In this document: positions 1 to 8,055 of the stretch, one piece after another
Numbering within the stretch: the first letter of the stretch is position 1
Layout: each line of letters begins with the position of its first letter
Virus record (IMG/VR): IMGVR_UViG_3300042274_000333
Source of the DNA: an uncultured virus (IMG/VR IMGVR_UViG_3300042274_000333)
Lineage: Duplodnaviria; Heunggongvirae; Uroviricota; Caudoviricetes
DNA: 64,000 bases
Reading direction: 5' to 3' (one strand)
Position numbers and translations under genes: made by a program
Notes under the pieces: model-generated
Database searches by the model: none
What the model saw: only the letters and a program-made list of their open reading frames with translations
Told to the model about the DNA's origin: nothing

Positions 1-1
1 A

Positions 2-739
2 ACTACAGAAAGTCCTTTATTTAACTTTATAGAGCTGAATATTCTTAACTATTGTAATAGAGATTGTTCTTTTTGTCCATTAGAAACCCCAATAGAAAAA
101 CATAAAATGGATTTTAATATATTTAAGCTGACTATAGATGAGCTAAAAGTTCTTAATTTTAAAGGATTGATTGGTTTCTCAGGATTCTGCGAACCTACTC
201 TTCATCCACAATTATTAGATTTTATATACTATATAAAGGAAAACTTACCAGAAGTAATAGTAGCTGTTAATACCAATGGAGATTATCTTACAAAAGATCT
301 ATTAAATAAATACCTTAAAGCAAAGCTTGATTATTTAATAATTTCAGCCTATGATGAAAAAGTATATTTATCCGCTTTACAGCTAGAATCCCCTATTGTT
401 ATTATCAGGAAACGTTTTGCTGGAGATATGATAAAAAATAATAGAGCTGGTTCTTTGTATATTTCAAAGAAAAAAAAGAATAGTGCTTGTTATTACCCTT
501 TTTATATGTTATATGTAGATTGGAATGGAGATATTCTTTTTTGTTCTCACAACTATGATAAAGAAAATATATTAGGAAACATAAAAGAAAATTCTTTAGC
601 AAGCGTTTGGAACGGACCTGCAATAAATAATTTAAGAAATAATCAAAGATGTTTTGCTCCTTGTAATAAATGCGATGTTATAGGGATTTTAATGGGGGAT
701 AAAATTTATGAAGAGTGGCAAAATTGCTTATCTAAATAA
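2..739 (+). CDS. Radical SAM/SPASM-twitch protein (5'-partial)
   Basis: Frame is open from base 2 and encodes YCNRDCSFCP (CxxxCxxC) upstream of the track start at 107; GFCEPTLHP, NTNG; C-terminal CYYPF..VDWNGDILFC..CNKC. Confidence 0.9.
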   Translation, partial: TTESPLFNFIELNILNYCNRDCSFCPLETPIEKHKMDFNIFKLTIDELKVLNFKGLIGFSGFCEPTLHPQLLDFIYYIKENLPEVIVAVNTNGDYLTKDLLNKYLKAKLDYLIISAYDEKVYLSALQLESPIVIIRKRFAGDMIKNNRAGSLYISKKKKNSACYYPFYMLYVDWNGDILFCSHNYDKENILGNIKENSLASVWNGPAINNLRNNQRCFAPCNKCDVIGILMGDKIYEEWQNCLSK

Positions 740-1730
740 GATAGCGAAAACAAGACCCATTAAAAAATCAAAAGAAAAATTTAAGTATAACCTATCTAAT
801 AATGAATCTGCTTTTGGCAAGTATAGACATTACCCAGATACATGGCCATTATATAAAGAATTTGCAAAAGAGTGGAATGTATCTACTACTTTAGAAGTTC
901 TTCCCACAAATGGTGCAGAAGAAGCTTTAAGTAAAATATATTCAGTATATACAGAGGAAGGATCAAAAGTTCTTCGTGCTGATCCTTGTTTTGGTATGAT
1001 TGAGGTATATGAAGCTGTTAATAATGCAATCCCTATAAAAATTCCTTATAATGAAGAACTTGATTTAGATTGGGATTTATTTATAAATACTATTTCTATA
1101 TATAGTGATGAGTTAACTCTTATTTATTTGGCTTTACCAGATAACCCTACTGGGCATAAAGTAAATAGCGATATACTGTATCGCATTCTGCAAAAATCAT
1201 ATGATAAAAAAATTCCTGTAATAGTTGATTGTACTTATTATAGATTTATAGATAATAAAGTCTATAAGGATATTCTTGATATAAACAAATGGAACAATCT
1301 TATAATAGTTGATTCTTTGTCAAAAAGTCATGGTCTTGCTGGTCTTCGTGTAGGCGCTATCATAGCCAGCAAAGAACTTTTAAATCCTATAAGGGCATCT
1401 AGGTCTATGGTAGAAGTTTCTTCTATGGCAGTAAAAAAAGGGTGCAAAGCTTTAAGAAAAAAAACTTATAAAAAAAATGTAAATCAAGCTAATAAATGGA
1501 AAGCTTATTTTTTAAAACATTTTCCTAATAACTGTAAAGAAACTTTTGGGAATTTTATCATCCTTAAAACAAATAACAACATTGACATATATAACCTCCT
1601 TAAAGACGAATCCATTTTGACTAGAGTAGATTTTACACATCCATCTATGAAATATAATACTTTAAGAATTTCTATAGGAAATGATGCTGTTATGAAAAAA
1701 ATAGTAAAAATAATAAAGAAAAGGATTTGA
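708..1730 (+). CDS. PLP-dependent class I/II aminotransferase (HisC-like fold)
   Basis: TNGAEEAL, PDNPTG, VDCTY, SLSKSHGLAGLRVG (PLP lysine), LRISIG. Confidence 0.88.
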   Translation: MKSGKIAYLNKIAKTRPIKKSKEKFKYNLSNNESAFGKYRHYPDTWPLYKEFAKEWNVSTTLEVLPTNGAEEALSKIYSVYTEEGSKVLRADPCFGMIEVYEAVNNAIPIKIPYNEELDLDWDLFINTISIYSDELTLIYLALPDNPTGHKVNSDILYRILQKSYDKKIPVIVDCTYYRFIDNKVYKDILDINKWNNLIIVDSLSKSHGLAGLRVGAIIASKELLNPIRASRSMVEVSSMAVKKGCKALRKKTYKKNVNQANKWKAYFLKHFPNNCKETFGNFIILKTNNNIDIYNLLKDESILTRVDFTHPSMKYNTLRISIGNDAVMKKIVKIIKKRI

Positions 1731-1744
1731 AACGTATATAATAT

Positions 1745-2494
1745 ATGATAATAATAGCTGGTCCATGTGTAATAGAAAACAAAGATGTTTTAAAAGAAAC
1801 GGTAGAGGATTTATTAGAATCGATTCCATCTTCTAATAATTTTATTTTTAAAAGTTCTTTTCAAAAAGACAATAGAACTTCTATACGAAATTTTATGGGT
1901 TTAGATAAAAAGGAAGCAATAGGACTTCTTAAGGAAATAAAGGAAGAATATAATGTTCCTATATGCACAGATATTCATTGTGTAGAAGATATTGATTTGC
2001 TAAAAGAAATTATACCAGATATAGATGTAATACAAATACCCGCTTATTTAGCAAAGCAACTTACCCTTCTTAAGCAAGCTTCTGTTTTTACAGCAGAAAA
2101 TGGAAAAATACTACACATAAAAAAACCACAGTTTATTCCAGCCGAGGACATGCGTTCCATAATAGAAAACGCAAAGTATTTTGGGGCTACAAATATTATA
2201 GCTACAGATAGAGGGACAATGTATGGCCCAAATCGTTTCTTTATGGACCCAAGGCATGTTTCCATAATGAAGAAAAATAATGATGTTAAAGTGGTAGTAG
2301 ACACCACACACCCTAATAAAAATTATCCAGGAACCCAATTAGAAAATGCCATAGTATTAGCAAAATCTTATTTATCTGCTGGGGCAGATGGAATTTTTAT
2401 GGAAACTCATCCATCTTGTAATACTGCATTATGTGATAAAGAAACTATGGTATCTTCTAAGTCTCTTAAAGATTTTTTCAGGAGTATCGTATGA
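1745..2494 (+). CDS. kdsA: KDO-8-phosphate synthase-like (metal-dependent type)
   Basis: IAGPCVIE, FKSSFQKDNRTS, TDIH, QIPAYL, IKKPQF, DRG, DTTHP, GIFMETHP..ALCD. Confidence 0.85.
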   Translation: MIIIAGPCVIENKDVLKETVEDLLESIPSSNNFIFKSSFQKDNRTSIRNFMGLDKKEAIGLLKEIKEEYNVPICTDIHCVEDIDLLKEIIPDIDVIQIPAYLAKQLTLLKQASVFTAENGKILHIKKPQFIPAEDMRSIIENAKYFGATNIIATDRGTMYGPNRFFMDPRHVSIMKKNNDVKVVVDTTHPNKNYPGTQLENAIVLAKSYLSAGADGIFMETHPSCNTALCDKETMVSSKSLKDFFRSIV

Positions 2495-3405
2495 CAACTA
2501 CTAATGAAGTGAGAATAGAAACAAGCACATTATGTAATTATAAATGTAAGTTTTGCCCTCATCATACAAAAAGTTTTACCAGAAAAAAAGAAATAATGTC
2601 TTTTGATTTTTTTAAAGAGATTATAGATAAAGTGAAAAAACAAGCACCAGAAATAAGTTACTTAACTATATCTGGATTCGGTGAGTCTACTCTTGACAAA
2701 GGTATTATTGACAAAATTAAATATGCGACTAGTCTAGGATATCATGTATTCTTGCTTACTAATGGCTCAAACCTTACAATAGATTATGTGAATGAATTGT
2801 TTTTTCTTAACGTAGATATAAGAATTTCATTACATACTATAATACCAGAAGAATATGAAGCTATTACAGGCAATAAAAATCTTAAAAGCGTTATTGATAT
2901 TATTGACTATATGATTGCTCACCCCAATAAAACTAATATAACTATTACAGCTGATGTTATAGAAGACAATGAAAAGAACATTGATAAACTCATTAAAAAA
3001 TATAAAGACGATGTTTTATTAGAAGTTTGGAAACCTCATAACTGGGCAAATTGGGGAACTTATAGAGATTACTCTTTAAATAGAAAAAAAACCTGCGGAA
3101 GGCCTAAAAATGGGCCTTTACAAATACAAGTTGATGGAACTGTTAATATGTGTTGTTTTGATTTTAATGGAGAATTATTACTCGGAGATTTAAAAACACA
3201 ATCTCTAGAAGAAATATTTCAGGGTGATATGTTTAATAAAATTTTAGAGCATCATGAAAAAGGAACTATAGATCAATCTACTCTCCTTTGCTCTAAATGC
3301 GACCAGCTGGCTTCTCATACAGGAACAGTATTGTTTAACAGTAAATTTTTAGAAGAGGATAGAGTAGAAAAAGTTTCCTCTACTCATAGAAAGGTGATAG
3401 AATGA
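2491..3405 (+). CDS. Radical SAM/SPASM-twitch protein
   Basis: CNYKCKFC, SGFGES, LTNG, C-terminal CGRP..VDGTVNMCCFD..CSKC. Confidence 0.9.
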   Translation: MTTTNEVRIETSTLCNYKCKFCPHHTKSFTRKKEIMSFDFFKEIIDKVKKQAPEISYLTISGFGESTLDKGIIDKIKYATSLGYHVFLLTNGSNLTIDYVNELFFLNVDIRISLHTIIPEEYEAITGNKNLKSVIDIIDYMIAHPNKTNITITADVIEDNEKNIDKLIKKYKDDVLLEVWKPHNWANWGTYRDYSLNRKKTCGRPKNGPLQIQVDGTVNMCCFDFNGELLLGDLKTQSLEEIFQGDMFNKILEHHEKGTIDQSTLLCSKCDQLASHTGTVLFNSKFLEEDRVEKVSSTHRKVIE

Positions 3406-4130
3406 TTAAACCAGTAGCTGTCATCCCTGCACGTTTAGGGTCTGAAAGGTTTCCTAATAAGATGCTAGAAAGAATATCTGGTGAAAGAATAATAGACATA
3501 GTATTACAAAATGTTTGTGCTAATGCTAATGCTTTTTCTCATATCGTACTGGCATCACCAGACTCGGAACTTATAGAGATAGGAATAAATTATCCTATTG
3601 AACTTCATCTTCAAACACAGAATGTTAGTTGCGGTTCAGAAAGAGCTTATTGGGTATATAAAAGATTACAAGAAAAAACTTCTTGGTTTTTATCTATACC
3701 ATCAGATGAACCATTCATAGAACTAAAACAATTTACAAAATACTTTGATGAAGATTTTTTTAACCCTTACGAGATATACACTGCTTATTCTAATTTTTAT
3801 TCAGAAGAAAGATTGAGAAGTTTTAATTCATGTAAGATTGTAATGTCTTCAAATGAAAAGATTCATTATTTTTCCAGAAACATTATACCAGTAAACAAGG
3901 ATGGATCTTTATTACCATTGAACAAATATAATAAGCATGTAGGATTGTTTCTTATGAATAAAGCGTTGTTCCAAAAGTTTGGGAAAGACATATGGAGCAA
4001 TAGTATGCCAAATGAAAGTTTGGAACAAAATAATTTTCTTGAAAACAATATTGTCGTAAGAGGATTAAAAATAGAACATAGAAAACATGGAGTAGATTCA
4101 AAAGATGATTTGCACGACTTATATAAATAA
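3402..4130 (+). CDS. kdsB: CMP-KDO synthetase-like cytidylyltransferase
   Basis: VIPARLGSERFPNKML, GSER, DEPF, YFSR..IP, KHVGL, ESLEQ, GVD. Confidence 0.85.
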   Translation: MIKPVAVIPARLGSERFPNKMLERISGERIIDIVLQNVCANANAFSHIVLASPDSELIEIGINYPIELHLQTQNVSCGSERAYWVYKRLQEKTSWFLSIPSDEPFIELKQFTKYFDEDFFNPYEIYTAYSNFYSEERLRSFNSCKIVMSSNEKIHYFSRNIIPVNKDGSLLPLNKYNKHVGLFLMNKALFQKFGKDIWSNSMPNESLEQNNFLENNIVVRGLKIEHRKHGVDSKDDLHDLYK

Positions 4131-4145
4131 GAGGTAAAATAAAGT

Positions 4146-4748
4146 ATGAAATATTTTTTAGATACAGCAAATATAGATAGCATTAAAAAGTTTTCAAGTG
4201 AAATAAAAGGGGTTACAACCAATCCTTTTCATCTTAATAAGGAAAATATAAAAGCAAAAGAATTTTTGGAATTAGGTAATGATTTTATACATGGTCCAGT
4301 TTTTATACAAGTAAATACCCAAGAAGGACTGGAAGAATTATTATCTATTAGAGAAACATATAAAAATATAGTTGCCAAGATTTCTATGATACCAGAATAT
4401 TTTCCTCTTTACAGAATGGCTATAGACGGAAAGATTCCTATAGCAGCCACGACAATCTATAATCTGATACAACTTAATCAAGCTATAGAATTTGGATGTG
4501 ATTATTCTATGGTGTATTATTATAAAAACCCAGATAAAAGATTTATTTATGATGCTTATGATTTAAAATCAATATCATCATCAAATATTATTTTAGTAGG
4601 AGCTTCTTTTAGGACAAAAGAAGATGTAAAAGAAGCCATAAAAGCTGGTATGGATTATTCCACAGTTAGGCCAGATGTTTATGATTTATTATTTCGTGAT
4701 AGCAATGTAGAAAAAGAATTGGCTTTAATAAATCAATGTATTTTTTAA
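4146..4748 (+). CDS. Transaldolase-family aldolase (FSA-type residues)
   Basis: FLDTAN, GVTTNP, FIQV, VAKI (Schiff-base Lys), GASFR. Confidence 0.85.
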   Translation: MKYFLDTANIDSIKKFSSEIKGVTTNPFHLNKENIKAKEFLELGNDFIHGPVFIQVNTQEGLEELLSIRETYKNIVAKISMIPEYFPLYRMAIDGKIPIAATTIYNLIQLNQAIEFGCDYSMVYYYKNPDKRFIYDAYDLKSISSSNIILVGASFRTKEDVKEAIKAGMDYSTVRPDVYDLLFRDSNVEKELALINQCIF

Positions 4749-4818
4749 AAAATGTGATAATCTAAAGATAATATATTTTTTTGAAAAGTTAAAATAAGAA
4801 TAGTGGAGATTTAAACAT

Positions 4819-4956
4819 ATGGCAACATTAAGGGATAATACAGTAGTTTATGATGATTTAACTATAGATGGAGATTTATATATAGGTGGCAGAAAAGTTA
4901 CTTTAGTAACTTTTAGCAGTGGTGATAAAATTATAAAGAAATTAGTTCTAGTTTAA
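4819..4956 (+). CDS. 45-aa protein resembling a fibre N-terminus (MATLRDNTVVYDDLTIDGDLYIGG)
   Basis: GGAG RBS; below the ORF-track cutoff. Confidence 0.5.
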   Translation: MATLRDNTVVYDDLTIDGDLYIGGRKVTLVTFSSGDKIIKKLVLV

Positions 4957-5073
4957 AAAAGGATAATTATATGGCAATATTACGAGATACAACAATAGAA
5001 TGTAGTTTAATAGTTAATAATAATTTATCTATTGGAAGTTTTACCTTAAAAAGAAGATGTAGAAGCATTTCCT

Positions 5074-5244
5074 ATGAATAAAATTATAGCTTATGATAAA
5101 GAAGCTAGTGATAATTTTGGATATTCTGTGGCCATTTCAGGTGATTACGCTATAGTGGGGGCTCGCTGGGAAGACCCTGGTGGAATTGCTGATGCTGGTT
5201 CTGCCTATACGTATAAAATATGTAAATATGTAGTATTAATTTAA
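5074..5244 (+). pseudogene. Single FG-GAP repeat fragment
   Basis: DNFGYSVAISGDYAIVGARWED..AGSAY; one blade only. Confidence 0.55.
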
Positions 5245-5272
5245 TGACATATATAGTTTCATAGGAGATATT

Positions 5273-5479
5273 ATGGATATTGCAAAACTATTAGAAGAAA
5301 AAGAAATGCAGTTTAATGCGTTAGTAGAAAAAAAGAATCTTCTTTCTAAAGAGATTTTAGGTATTGATGAAGAGCTTCTTCGCATTCAAGGTGAATATAG
5401 AGTTCTTACTCAATTAGGACAAAATGAAGATGCAGTAAAGGAACCAGTAACCGAAGAAGCTGTTGAGCCAGAAAACTGA
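5273..5479 (+). CDS. Small coiled-coil hypothetical protein
   Basis: ORF with AGGAG RBS, followed by terminator. Confidence 0.7.
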   Translation: MDIAKLLEEKEMQFNALVEKKNLLSKEILGIDEELLRIQGEYRVLTQLGQNEDAVKEPVTEEAVEPEN

Positions 5480-5496
5480 TTTGACCTTTACTAGAC

Positions 5497-5530
5497 AAAG
5501 AGTATGTTTTTTCATACTCTTTTTTGTTTT
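5497..5530 (+). terminator. Intrinsic terminator
   Basis: AAAGAGTATG/CATACTCTTT + T-run. Confidence 0.7.
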
Positions 5531-5579
5531 GTCAAGATACTAATGTAAGTAGGATTTCACATATTATAGGAGAAACGAT

Positions 5580-5897
5580 ATGGATACAGTAAAGGTAGCA
5601 AAACCTAAAAAGAAAGGCGACGAATGGAAAGTCGCAGTATTTATTAATGGTAAATACAATGAAGATAAAACATATTATACTGACGATGAGGATGACGCAA
5701 AAGAAACCAGAAAGGCTATGATTGAAGAATTCAAGAAGTCCAAAAAGTATGAATATGAAGGCGACGAGCCAAAGAAAGAGAAAAAAGAGAAGAAGGAAGA
5801 TGATTTTGAAGATTTTGACGATGAAGTTGAAGATGATGAAGAAGTGAAAAACCCTATCAGAGAATCTATCTTAAGACTTTCTAACCTAATTGAGTAA
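5580..5897 (+). CDS. Charged hypothetical protein
   Basis: ORF, AGGAG RBS. Confidence 0.7.
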   Translation: MDTVKVAKPKKKGDEWKVAVFINGKYNEDKTYYTDDEDDAKETRKAMIEEFKKSKKYEYEGDEPKKEKKEKKEDDFEDFDDEVEDDEEVKNPIRESILRLSNLIE

Positions 5898-5919
5898 AAA
5901 CACAGAAGCGGTATATATG

Positions 5920-5950
5920 AAACCTACCTCACAAAAGGTAGGTTTTTCTT
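5920..5950 (+). terminator. Intrinsic terminator
   Basis: AAACCTACCT/AGGTAGGTTT + T-run. Confidence 0.7.
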
Positions 5951-5986
5951 TGTAAAGATACTAATGTAAATGTAAGGAGATTTAAT

Positions 5987-7240
5987 ATGGAAGTTATTAC
6001 ATATAGTGAATGGTTAGAACAAGCAGATAGACAAACTGCACAGCAGATTGCTTTATTAGCTGCACAGGCAGGGGTTGATGGAATAGTGGATGTAGCTAAT
6101 GATGCCGCTTTCCCAGCCGTTGGTATAGAAGGATACTTATATCTAGCAAAGGACACGGGAAAACTATATTCCTGGAATGCTACTACAGAAGGATACGTTA
6201 GAGTAGACGCAGGAAGTGATTATTCATTGCCAGTTGCTACTGATACAGTTCTTGGTGGAGTAAAGATTGGAAGTGGATTAACTATTACAGAAGGAGTTCT
6301 ATCTACTGACGCAGTGAGTGAACTACAAAAAGTGACTATATATACTGAACCAGGTGATATAGCCGTTGAAGATGAAGTTGTTGTAGCAAATGTGAGTTCT
6401 TTTCCATCTTTTACATTAGACATTACTCAACAAGGTGAAGCCCCAACTTATCAAGTTATGAAATCTGGTGTATTCGCTGGAACTGCATCGGGAGACGTTA
6501 CTGTAACCATAGGTACAGTAAGTTCAGGAGATATAAACTTAACTATACTTGATGGAGAAACTTTTGCAGAAGGTCTTACTGCCACAGATTTAGAAGGGAC
6601 TATTTTAAACACTGATTATACCATTACTGTTCCAACTGAAGGAGAAGATACAGGAAAAATAGTTCTTGTTTCTAAAGCAATAGGAGGAACTCCTGTAGTT
6701 CCAACTACTATTACTATTACTGGAAATGGAATTACTATAGATGGTGGAGCTACCGGAAGCTTTGTTATTACTACTACAGAGGATGCTGGATTACCTGAAA
6801 TAGTAGAGCTGATTGTCCCTGATACCACTGCTCCTGGAACTATTACTTTAAATCTTGATGGAAATATTCAAACTATTGAAGCAACTACTCCTTTAACGCA
6901 AAGTGAATTAATAACAGAAATAATGGCTTTAGCTGTTTCTTATCCTGCTTGGACTTTTGAATCAATAGCTGGTGGTGTGAGATTTACTACTACTGGGGTT
7001 GGTGATATAACTACAGAAAGCTTTAGCCTTGGAGATACTATTTCTTCTTATATGTTAAATCTTCCAGTTGCTGATACAGTTGGAAAAGCATTTAAGATTA
7101 AGAATGTTGGGGCATTATCTTTAATAGTTGTTCCAAATGGAACTGATACTATAGATGGAGATAACTCTTCTGTTGAGTTAGCTATATATGGAACTCTAAC
7201 GCTTCTTTGTTATGAAGTTGGTAAATGGTGTGAGTTATAA
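5987..7240 (+). CDS. Virion fibre/decoration-like structural protein
   Basis: YSLPVATDTVLGGVKIGSGL fibre motif; T/G-rich beta repeats; C-terminal LPVA..IKN..GTDTIDG domain. Confidence 0.65.
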   Translation: MEVITYSEWLEQADRQTAQQIALLAAQAGVDGIVDVANDAAFPAVGIEGYLYLAKDTGKLYSWNATTEGYVRVDAGSDYSLPVATDTVLGGVKIGSGLTITEGVLSTDAVSELQKVTIYTEPGDIAVEDEVVVANVSSFPSFTLDITQQGEAPTYQVMKSGVFAGTASGDVTVTIGTVSSGDINLTILDGETFAEGLTATDLEGTILNTDYTITVPTEGEDTGKIVLVSKAIGGTPVVPTTITITGNGITIDGGATGSFVITTTEDAGLPEIVELIVPDTTAPGTITLNLDGNIQTIEATTPLTQSELITEIMALAVSYPAWTFESIAGGVRFTTTGVGDITTESFSLGDTISSYMLNLPVADTVGKAFKIKNVGALSLIVVPNGTDTIDGDNSSVELAIYGTLTLLCYEVGKWCEL

Positions 7241-7244
7241 AATA

Positions 7245-7274
7245 AAAGAGGAGGTTTTAAACCTCCTCTTTTTT
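7245..7274. terminator. Bidirectional terminator between convergent genes
   Basis: AAAAGAGGAGGTTT/AAACCTCCTCTTTT. Confidence 0.8.
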
Positions 7275-7464
7275 ATTCCCCTCCAAAATATATGTCTGGG
7301 CCAAACTCTACTGACTTTCTTTTCCTTCTTTTTTTACGCTTCCTATTTCTACTTGTCAAACTTTTTTCCATCCTAGGAAACTTTACAGGAGTAATATCAA
7401 AGTTATCTGATGAAGTTATTGCGCTTCCACTTTCTGTTTGCTCAAACAATTTATCTAATTTCAT
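7273..7464 (-). CDS. Small basic hypothetical protein (MKLDKLFE...)
   Basis: ATG coupled (TAATG) to stop of upstream minus-strand gene; ends at bidirectional terminator. Confidence 0.55.
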   Translation of the reverse strand: MKLDKLFEQTESGSAITSSDNFDITPVKFPRMEKSLTSRNRKRKKRRKRKSVEFGPDIYFGGE

Positions 7465-8000
7465 TATATGCTCCTGTATTTCACCCAAAGAAGATTTTCT
7501 TTATCATAAGATTTCCATCTATTTACATCTTCTACTGCCTTTTCAAAAGTAGAAAATATTCCGTATCTATGATAGTTGAATAAATAATATTTTTGACTAA
7601 CTGGTTCTTTTGCTACACATATTAGATGAGAAGTAGAAAAAGGTTTGTCTTTATTAAGGACTATCACTTCGGTAATTTCTTTCCATCCGTGCCTTTTTAA
7701 ATAAATAGCCCAAATTCTTGCAAAATCATCACAATCTCTTCCCCACTTTAAATCTGCAAAAAAATACTCTGGCTTGTCAAGTGGGAAAACCATATCAAAT
7801 AATCCCATTGCTTTATCTGATTTATATTCAAATGTGTTGATATATTTATCAAAACCATCTATATCCATAGTTTTAGCCAAGTCCCATTTATGCTTATTAT
7901 AAGGAGTTTTTTGAGAAAATAATTTAAACATTAATGGTTCTATTATTTTTCGTATCTTGCTGTAAGCTACTAATACTGTTTTTACTAATTTTTTATTCAT
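7464..8000 (-). CDS. Hypothetical protein, transglutaminase-like cysteine protease motif
   Basis: GRDCDDFA and downstream His (SHLICV); AAGGA RBS. Confidence 0.55.
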   Translation of the reverse strand: MNKKLVKTVLVAYSKIRKIIEPLMFKLFSQKTPYNKHKWDLAKTMDIDGFDKYINTFEYKSDKAMGLFDMVFPLDKPEYFFADLKWGRDCDDFARIWAIYLKRHGWKEITEVIVLNKDKPFSTSHLICVAKEPVSQKYYLFNYHRYGIFSTFEKAVEDVNRWKSYDKENLLWVKYRSI

Positions 8001-8055
8001 ATGATTATCTTATCCTTTTTAGTTTGAAAAGATACTATATAGATAGGAATAAACC

